Part shown: piece by piece, positions 25,662 through 32,000 of the stretch
How the letters are laid out: each line of letters starts with the position of its first letter
Numbering within the stretch: position 1 is the first letter of the stretch
From: Archaeoglobus fulgidus DSM 4304
GTDB lineage: Archaea; Halobacteriota; Archaeoglobi; Archaeoglobales; Archaeoglobaceae
Assembly: GCF_000008665.1 (NCBI RefSeq)
Contig: NC_000917.1
Span: 390,001 to 422,000 of the forward strand
Reading direction: 5' to 3'
DNA: 32,000 nt
The notes under the pieces: model-generated
The model's input: the letters and a program-made list of their open reading frames with translations, nothing else
Database searches by the model: none
What the model was told of the DNA's origin: nothing
Translations under genes and position numbers: made by a program

Positions 25662-25720
25662 GGCAGCAATTCAGAATGAATGTTCAAAAAGTTTTTTACC
25701 GAGATTCCGAATCACTTTTG

Positions 25721-27886
25721 ATGCTCCCTGTCGAACGCCCGCTCCTTACGATCCTTCTAATCTCGTCTGTAATCGCTTTCTTTATCTTCTCAGCCCAAAA
25801 CCTTGAATTTGGATCTGCTGACTATGCAGACAGCTTTCCTCCATGGGATGCGATTTACAGGCAGTATGAGCTTTACTACAAGGATTTTGGCTATACTCCC
25901 GAAAACGTTTACATCATCGTGAAGGCTGAGGACGTTTTGAGCAGAGATGTTATGGAGTACATGCTCTCCCTCCAGAAGGTTCTTGAGGGGAGGGATGGCG
26001 TTGTTTCTACCTCTTCTCCCGCCTCCATCCTTCGTGATGTGCTTGGAGATATTCCTGACAGCGAAGAACTCGTTGGGGAAACTGCTGAAAGGCTCGCCAA
26101 GTCCCTTTTGCCTGAAAGGAGCTTTGCTCTGATTTCTGTTCAAATTGAAAGCATGGAGAATGACAGGCTAATGGAGCTTGCTGAGGAGATTGAGAGGATT
26201 CTGCAATTCGTCTCTCCTCCGCCCGGAGTTGTTGTTGACGTTACGGGCGGGGCTGTGCTGATGTACCAGATTGCTAAGGCCGTTGAGGAGGATGTTTACC
26301 GCACATTTTTCATAGCATCAGTGACGATGATTGCAGTCCTAGTTGCCGTTTTCAGCGGGGTCGTGAGGAGCAAGCTCACGGTTTTGTTTCCCTTAATTGT
26401 TTCTCTGATGTCCGTTGCAGTTATGGCTGGATTGCTGCCCCTTCTGGGGCTTCAGATGACAGAGTACAACTCCGCAACAATCCCCATTCTAATCGGTCTT
26501 GCCATTGACTACGCTGCCCAGCTTCAGAACCGCTATGAGGAAGAGAGGAGGGGAGGGAGAGAGGTTGATGAGGCCTTAGAGGAGGCATTAAACCACACTA
26601 GGTTCCCCCTTTTCATGGCCATGGCCACAACAGTAATTGGCTTCGCATCGATGTGTGCTCCGGGAATTCCTTCGCTCTTCTGGTTCAGCTTCCTCCTTTC
26701 AGTTGGTCTTATTACCGCTTTTTTGCTTTCGAACACCTTCTTGCCTTCACTGCTAAAGCTTTCCGACAGAGGAGGGAGAGAGGAATCCATTTCCCCCGGA
26801 ATTCTTGAAAAGCTTCTCACGACAATAGCCAAGGTTACAATAGCCAATTCGAGAAAAATTCTTGCTTTAACTCTGATTCTGATTGTTGTCGGAGCTTATG
26901 CCAGCACACACGTTGAGCTTGAAACGAACAGGAGGAAGTATGCTCCTCCAGACCTTCCAGCTTTGGTTAAGTTCGAGGAGATTGAGAGAAAGGTTTCCCC
27001 GCAGTACGTCTACGCTCTGGTTCTTTCTACAGAGAGAATTGATGCGGAAAGTGTTGTGAAAGCTGAAGAGCTGGCCAAGTACATTTCCTCAAGGGAGGAG
27101 ATTTACGACTACGACTCCCTCGGGAAGACCTTGGAGGAGTATTACGGTGCCATCCCTGCAGAGAGTTTTTCGAAGGCTATTGATGCTCTTCCCAAAAGCA
27201 TTTACAGCAGGTTTATTTCTGGGAACCAGCTGGCAGTCTACTTCTACACCAACACGCAGACGGAGGAGGAAGTTGAGAAGATGATGCGGAGCATCGAAAA
27301 TGACTTGAGATTTCTGGAGTGGGATGGGGATTACTACATAACGGGCTTCCCCGTCATCCTCGGCCATCTCAGTGAGGTTCTATTCAGCAGCCTCAACCTC
27401 ATGACGTTGGTGGCGTATCTGCTCATCGTAACTTTCCTTCTCCTCGCCTACCGCTCTGTTGTGAGGGCCATCATACCGCTCATCAGCATTTCTGTGGCTG
27501 TAGCTTCGATGAACGTCTGCATGCTTTTGATGGGGATTAAGCAGACGACCATTTCAATAGCCCTCAACTCAATTGTGCTGGGAATGGGTATTGATTACTC
27601 CATCCACATCACGGAAAGGTACTTCGAGGAGAGGGGGAAGTTTGGTGTGGAGGAGTCCGTTAAGAGAACAGTTGAGAGAACGGGAAAAGCTGTCCTCACC
27701 TCAGCCCTAACAACTGCGGGCGGGTTTGGGGCCCTTTACTTCTCCACCTTCCCCGTTTTGAGCAACTTCGGAATTCTCGCATTCATAGCTATAATCTTCA
27801 GCCTTCTGGCAGCGACCTCAGCAGTCCCTGCGCTGCTGATTCTCTACGAGAAAAACTACTTCAGGGAAATCCTGAAAATGACCTGA
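25721..27886 (+). CDS. RND-superfamily (MMPL / COG1033-type) membrane exporter
   Basis: Two repeats, each a large extracytoplasmic domain followed by five to six transmembrane helices, with GLAIDYAAQL and GMGIDYSIHITERY motifs. The ORF track starts at 25676. I prefer ATG 25721 (MLPVERPLLTILLIS...) because 25676 lies only 14 bp from the divergent mutase start, leaving no promoter space. Confidence 0.82.
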   Translation: MLPVERPLLTILLISSVIAFFIFSAQNLEFGSADYADSFPPWDAIYRQYELYYKDFGYTPENVYIIVKAEDVLSRDVMEYMLSLQKVLEGRDGVVSTSSPASILRDVLGDIPDSEELVGETAERLAKSLLPERSFALISVQIESMENDRLMELAEEIERILQFVSPPPGVVVDVTGGAVLMYQIAKAVEEDVYRTFFIASVTMIAVLVAVFSGVVRSKLTVLFPLIVSLMSVAVMAGLLPLLGLQMTEYNSATIPILIGLAIDYAAQLQNRYEEERRGGREVDEALEEALNHTRFPLFMAMATTVIGFASMCAPGIPSLFWFSFLLSVGLITAFLLSNTFLPSLLKLSDRGGREESISPGILEKLLTTIAKVTIANSRKILALTLILIVVGAYASTHVELETNRRKYAPPDLPALVKFEEIERKVSPQYVYALVLSTERIDAESVVKAEELAKYISSREEIYDYDSLGKTLEEYYGAIPAESFSKAIDALPKSIYSRFISGNQLAVYFYTNTQTEEEVEKMMRSIENDLRFLEWDGDYYITGFPVILGHLSEVLFSSLNLMTLVAYLLIVTFLLLAYRSVVRAIIPLISISVAVASMNVCMLLMGIKQTTISIALNSIVLGMGIDYSIHITERYFEERGKFGVEESVKRTVERTGKAVLTSALTTAGGFGALYFSTFPVLSNFGILAFIAIIFSLLAATSAVPALLILYEKNYFREILKMT

Positions 27887-28260
27887 CTTGCCGTTCTCAG
27901 CTTACGGCGTATTTGCGGAAGCTCGTACATGTAGAGTGTCAGTATTCCGTTGAGAACTCTGTCAAAGCCGAAGGCTCTTTTAATGAACTCTGCATGAAGC
28001 TTATCTCTGACGTAAATAACCCTCTCCCCTCCAATGTCGTTCATCTCAAGGATTACGGGAATTCTGAACCTCGGCCAGTCAAGCTCGTCCACGTGCTGGG
28101 CTATGAACTCAAGCTCTCTCTTCTCAATGTAGTATTCATTTCCATCCTTCGCTCTGATGGTTGGGTCCTTTTCCTTCAGCATCTCCGCTAAGCTTCTCGT
28201 CTTTTCGGGCATGTGCTTGTTCACGGCTTCAATCATCTTGGCAAGAGTTTTCTCATCCAT
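27856..28260 (-). CDS. UPF0216 / DUF61-like archaeal protein of unknown function
   Basis: 134 aa. The pattern (LNKHMP-like N-terminus, ...DGNEYYIEKRELEFIA...RIPVILEM...) matches my recollection of the archaea-specific UPF0216 family. Its ATG (28260-28258) follows the upstream TAA immediately. The 3' end overlaps the convergent RND gene by 31 nt. Confidence 0.6.
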   Translation of the reverse strand: MDEKTLAKMIEAVNKHMPEKTRSLAEMLKEKDPTIRAKDGNEYYIEKRELEFIAQHVDELDWPRFRIPVILEMNDIGGERVIYVRDKLHAEFIKRAFGFDRVLNGILTLYMYELPQIRRKLRTASQVIFRISLK

Positions 28261-29016
28261 TTACAAAACCTCCAGCTCTATCCAGCCCCCTCCCCTCTTA
28301 ATTCCAAGCATCTCGGCAGCGCTGCCCTCCCTTACGCTCAGCTCAAGGGTGCCAAAGCTTCCGATCAGCGAGAGAGGTTTCCCAACATCAACATCAGAGT
28401 ACGTTTTCACAAAGGGAAACTCAACACCTCTGAAGTAAAATCCTTTCCCCTTCACTTCCCTGAGATTTGTCACCACATTCCCGAATCTGTCGACATAAAC
28501 AACTCTGCACCTAACTTTATTGCCCTGTATTGAGCAATCGAAGAGTTCAAGCTTTTCCAGCTCCTCTTTGTTAATTTCCTCAAAGTAGGTGTAATCTCCC
28601 CTCACCACCATCGCTGCTGCTGGAGCGAAGATGTCCCTGCCGTGGAAGGTGGAGGAAAGCTCTCCAACGAGCTCTGAAATCTCCTCTTTGATGGAGTAAG
28701 CAGCCTTAATTCCATCTTCAACTGCTGAAGGATAGAGAATTCCGTTATCGGGGCCTACGAAGAAGTGGTTTTTCCCCTCAATCACCAAAGCCCTTCTTTC
28801 GCTACCAACTCCGGGGTCAACCACTGCTACATGCACAGCATTCCTGAAATACCTGAAAGAGTGGTAGAGGAGGAAGGCCCCCTGCAGGATGTTCTGCGGC
28901 TCCACAGAATGAGTAATATCAACGATTCTCGCTTCCGGGGCGAGGCTGAGGATGACTCCCTTCATCACTCCCGGATAGAAGTCCCCGAAGTCCGTGAGCA
29001 GCGAAACGACCTTCAT
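28261..29016 (-). CDS. S-adenosyl-L-methionine hydrolase (SAM hydroxide adenosyltransferase, DUF62; fluorinase/chlorinase-related)
   Basis: 251 aa. Contains VSLLTDFGDFYPGVMKGVI, VAVVDPGVGSERR, FVGPDNG and FHGRDIFAP, the conserved DUF62/SalL/FlA-type motifs. Confidence 0.85.
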   Translation of the reverse strand: MKVVSLLTDFGDFYPGVMKGVILSLAPEARIVDITHSVEPQNILQGAFLLYHSFRYFRNAVHVAVVDPGVGSERRALVIEGKNHFFVGPDNGILYPSAVEDGIKAAYSIKEEISELVGELSSTFHGRDIFAPAAAMVVRGDYTYFEEINKEELEKLELFDCSIQGNKVRCRVVYVDRFGNVVTNLREVKGKGFYFRGVEFPFVKTYSDVDVGKPLSLIGSFGTLELSVREGSAAEMLGIKRGGGWIELEVL

Positions 29017-29843
29017 GTTCCGAACATCATCCTTATTCCGTCTCTAAGCCCCGGAGCTAAGCCAAGAACAACCAGAACAAACTTCACGTAGTTTCTAAGC
29101 TTCTTATCCTCCTCTGACGTGTCAAGAAGGTAAAGGATGGCGTAAAAAACCAGAAACTTAGCTGCAGGCAGAGATATTGGCCCGAACTTATCAATCAGAT
29201 ACCTCGGAAGGACGTGGAGCTCCCAGTAACCGAGGTAGCTGATTCCGAAGAAGGTTTCAAAGCCATCAAGCATGTGAGAGAACATCGTAAGCAGGCTTAG
29301 CTCGTTTTTCATCGGCTTTAAGGAGATTGCGTAGAAAACCGCTGTAAAAGCTGCCGCAAGACCAACTCCTGCAGGAATAACCCACCAGTTAACGACCGGC
29401 AGATTTGCGAAGAGCAGGATGAGAACTCCGACAGCAGGGACGAGGCCTACGACAGCATAAACCCTGTAGTACTTCTCACCGTAAAATCTCAGCGACAGCA
29501 AGAGGGTGGGAAAGGCGATGGCAAAAATCAGGATGTAGATGAAGGGAGTCATGAAAATGTACGAGATGGGCGGTGTGAGAAATCCTGCATCCTCAACAAC
29601 CCTCACGGAAGAGCCAAGGAGAATGTAGGGGATATTTGCGTAAACAAACTTCTCATCAAAATCGAGCCTTTTTCCGAGGAACCTGTAGAGAGCGTAGACA
29701 GCAACAATCAGAATTGCAGCCCACGTGAGCGTATTCACGATGTTATAACCTTCCTTGTAAACAATCGAGTCGATGTAGTACTCTTTTATGAATTCCCACA
29801 AATCCATGGGGAAAATCAGGAGTTGGTTAAATAACTTTACCAT
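29013..29843 (-). CDS. Polytopic membrane protein (about 7-8 TM; DUF63-like by recollection)
   Basis: Highly hydrophobic, with repeated roughly 20-aa segments. ATGA overlap with the DUF62 gene. The ORF-track start at 29852 is a TTG. The alternatives are ATG 29843 (MVKLFNQ...) or ATG 29807 (MDLWEFIKEYY...). Confidence 0.62.
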   Translation of the reverse strand: MVKLFNQLLIFPMDLWEFIKEYYIDSIVYKEGYNIVNTLTWAAILIVAVYALYRFLGKRLDFDEKFVYANIPYILLGSSVRVVEDAGFLTPPISYIFMTPFIYILIFAIAFPTLLLSLRFYGEKYYRVYAVVGLVPAVGVLILLFANLPVVNWWVIPAGVGLAAAFTAVFYAISLKPMKNELSLLTMFSHMLDGFETFFGISYLGYWELHVLPRYLIDKFGPISLPAAKFLVFYAILYLLDTSEEDKKLRNYVKFVLVVLGLAPGLRDGIRMMFGT

Positions 29844-30009
29844 ACAAACCAATATGTATCAATACTATCACAGCTAAATCAACCAAAATGCTTATAAAAC
29901 CATTAACTTCATCAGCAAAAAAGGAGGTGGTAGCATCATAGAGGTTGCAAGAGATGAAGAGAGGGGGAATTACCTGTATTTCAGCGCAGAGAGATGCGTT
30001 GGATGCGGA

Positions 30010-30339
30010 ATGTGCGAGTCAGTTTGCCCCAAGTCAGCCATTAGCGTATATAGAAACGGAAAGGACTTCGAAGTGGAAATCAACGAGAACTGTGCCGTCT
30101 GCGGAACCTGCAGCGACTTCTGTCAGTTCGGGGCTCTTAAATTCTACAGAAACGGTAAAGAAGGTGGAGTGTATACAGAAATTTTGAAAGAAGAGTTGGG
30201 ATTTAAGAAAGTAGATGTAAATCCTCAAGATTGTATTTTATGCTCACTCTGCATGAAAACCTGCCCAAGAGATGCAATCAAGGTTATCAGGTCTGTTGAC
30301 CTCAAGAAGCTGAGGAGAGGAGAGATAAGCATAGGTTAG
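30010..30339 (+). CDS. Polyferredoxin, 5' segment (ends at an in-frame TAG; first Cys motif begins upstream of the called ATG)
   Basis: Contains CAVCGTCSDFC and CILCSLCMKTCP. The called Met lies inside the motif C-V-G-C-G-M-C-E-S-V-C-P, whose first Cys codon is at 29995-29997 in the same frame. The stop TAG is at 30337-30339. Confidence 0.6.
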   Translation: MCESVCPKSAISVYRNGKDFEVEINENCAVCGTCSDFCQFGALKFYRNGKEGGVYTEILKEELGFKKVDVNPQDCILCSLCMKTCPRDAIKVIRSVDLKKLRRGEISIG

Positions 30340-31068
30340 GGGTGCATAGAGTGCAGACTTTGCGTTGAGAACTGCCCCACTAAGGCAGTCAAAATCTACC
30401 ACGGTAAGCCAGTCATCGACGAAAGCAAGTGTATATACTGTGAAATATGTTCAAAGGTTTGCCCGATGGACGTCATAACAGTGAGATGCGACTCCTGCAG
30501 GATATTCGAGCAGAGGAAGGAGGCTGTCATAGGAACTGTGATAGTTGACGAAGGTTCATGCTCAACCTGCAAAATGTGCACCGAGGTTTGCCCAACTGGC
30601 GCAATAAAGGTTGAAAGAATCTTTGAAGGGGAGCAGAAGTGGAGCAAAGAAAAGTGCATCGAGGACTGCACGGTTTGCAGAGACATCTGCCCCAACAACG
30701 CAATATCCTATGCCTATGATCCGGAGAAGAGGGTTGTTTTCAGCGACAGGTGCAACTTCTGCGGGACGTGCGAGAGGTACTGTCCCGGCAACGCCATCGA
30801 AATAGACAGAAGGCTTAGGGAGGACATAGAGATTGAGTTCAAGAGGGCTGAAAGGAGTAAAAAGAAGGAAATCAGAGTGGGTGAGATCTGCATCGGCTGC
30901 GGTATCTGCGAAAGCATCTGTCCGGTCAGTCAAAACGGCAACACTATTGAGATTGTCAACGGTAAAGCTGTCGGAAGGGTGAGTGAAGCTTGCACCGCAT
31001 GCGGTCTCTGCGTGGTTAACTGTCCGGTGGAGACGATAGAGGTTAGGGAGATTAAGGAAGAGTCCTAA
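30340..31068 (+). CDS. Polyferredoxin, 3' segment (same frame as 30010..30339; the ORF-track start at 30466 is internal)
   Basis: Directly after the TAG the frame reads GCIECRLCVENCP...CIYCEICSKVCPMDV..., so the Met at 30466 sits inside a cluster motif. There are seven CxxCxxCxxxCP-type motifs in this segment. No in-frame start codon lies between 30340 and 30466. Confidence 0.6.
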   Translation, partial: GCIECRLCVENCPTKAVKIYHGKPVIDESKCIYCEICSKVCPMDVITVRCDSCRIFEQRKEAVIGTVIVDEGSCSTCKMCTEVCPTGAIKVERIFEGEQKWSKEKCIEDCTVCRDICPNNAISYAYDPEKRVVFSDRCNFCGTCERYCPGNAIEIDRRLREDIEIEFKRAERSKKKEIRVGEICIGCGICESICPVSQNGNTIEIVNGKAVGRVSEACTACGLCVVNCPVETIEVREIKEES

Positions 31069-31104
31069 CGAAAAGCAAATATATTTGCATTTTTTCCTTT
31101 TTCC

Positions 31105-31293
31105 ATGGCAAGGAAGGCTATCGTTGACAGAAGAAAATGCGCTTACTGCGGGGCCTGCGTTGCCGTCTGTCCTGCAGATGCAAATGAGCTTGTTGAAACC
31201 TTTCTCGAGATTTACGATGACAGGTGCACCGGCTGCGGAATCTGCGTGAAGATGTGTCCGATGGGAGCCTTGGCCATGGTGGAGGTGGACTAA
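31105..31293 (+). CDS. Small 2x[4Fe-4S] ferredoxin
   Basis: 62 aa with [12 protein letters not shown] and [12 protein letters not shown]. Its TAA overlaps the next gene's ATG (TAATG at 31291-31295). Confidence 0.85.
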
Positions 31294-32000
31294 TGTACGA
31301 CGTTGTGGTTGTTGGAGCCGGGCCAGCGGGAAGCATGGCAGCGAAAACCGCTGCGGAGCAGGGTTTGAAGGTTCTTCTGGTGGAAAAGAGGCAGGAGATT
31401 GGCACGCCTGTTAGATGCGCCGAGGGAATTAGCAGGGAGAGCATTGAGAAATTCTTCGAAGTGGACAAGAAGTGGATTGCGGCCGAGGTAACCGGAGCGA
31501 AAATCTATGCCCCGAACAAAACCGAAATCGTGATGTCAGAGGAGATGGCTGGCAATGAGGTTGGTTACGTTCTTGAGAGGAAAATTTTCGACCGCCACGT
31601 TGCCAGACTTGCCGCAAAGGCTGGGGCGGAGGTTTATGTTAAGACGGCAATGGTCGATTTTGAGAGAAAAGATGGAAAGGTGAAGGTAAAGCTCAGGAGG
31701 CTCGGAGAAGACTGGGAAGTTGAGACGAAAATTTTGATCGGAGCTGACGGCGTGGAGAGCAAGATTGGCAGAAAGGCTGGGATAATCAAGACCCTCAAGC
31801 TTAATGAGGTAGAGAGCTGTGCTCAGTACCTCATGACCGGTCTCGATATCGATGAGAGCTACACGTACTTCTACCTCGGGAGAGAGCTTGCTCCCGGCGG
31901 CTATGCCTGGATTTTCCCCAAGGGAAACGGTTCGGCAAATGTGGGTATAGGAGTTCTGCCGAAAATGGCCGAAAGGACTGCAAAGGAGTACCTTGACGCA
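31293..32000 (+). CDS. Geranylgeranyl reductase (digeranylgeranylglycerophospholipid reductase), 5' partial
   Basis: Not in the ORF track because it runs off the window. My translation is [33 protein letters not shown]...PVRCAEGIS...[12 protein letters not shown]...[22 protein letters not shown]. This contains the FAD dinucleotide fold, the conserved RCAEG Cys and the YxWxFP...GxG motif of archaeal GGR. Confidence 0.9.

Noticed and set aside
29945-30187. 80-aa ORF overlapping the start of the polyferredoxin in another frame
   Set aside because: It has no Cys-cluster motifs, while the overlapping frame has perfect ferredoxin motifs. Only its first few codons (ATG 29954) are considered, as a possible frameshifted start.
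30337-30339. In-frame TAG as a pyrrolysine codon
   Set aside because: No pylS, pylT or pylBCD genes are in the window. The Pyl system is not known to me in this lineage, and the host protein is not a methylamine methyltransferase. It stays only as something to exclude by a genome search.

Overview
Archaeal chromosome segment. By my recollection of the 30-nt CRISPR repeat and of the geranylgeranyl reductase neighbourhood it is most like Archaeoglobus fulgidus; no database search was possible. All calls rest on reading the ORF translations for family motifs and reading the DNA by eye.

Gene content, left to right:
- A TrmO/FmdE fusion gene.
- A five-gene fatty-acid beta-oxidation operon (thiolase, DUF35, acyl-CoA dehydrogenase, enoyl-CoA hydratase, 3-hydroxyacyl-CoA dehydrogenase) with an upstream Lrp/AsnC regulator.
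- queD-queE-queC (preQ0/archaeosine precursor synthesis).
- tRNA-Leu(GAG).
- A 48-repeat CRISPR array (8369-11590) with no cas genes in the window.
- A HAD phosphatase, a CxxCxxCC protein and tandem LEA14-like genes.
- A seven-gene signalling neighbourhood (14314-21033) built around a KaiC-like double-RecA ATPase.
- An OYE/FadH-type flavoprotein, a C_GCAxxG_C_C protein, a candidate H/ACA guide sRNA and a membrane-anchored SCP2 protein.
- A phosphohexomutase, an RND/MMPL exporter and a DUF63-DUF62-DUF61 operon.
- A ten-cluster polyferredoxin interrupted by an in-frame TAG, a small 2x[4Fe-4S] ferredoxin and the 5' part of geranylgeranyl reductase.

Most worth follow-up:
- The KaiC-centred PAS/GAF, histidine kinase and CheY cluster, with two DHp-only sensor paralogues (one His, one Arg at the phospho-acceptor position) and two family-less small proteins.
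- The interrupted polyferredoxin.
- The unannotated H/ACA sRNA candidate.
- The cas-less array.
- The DUF63-62-61 operon.
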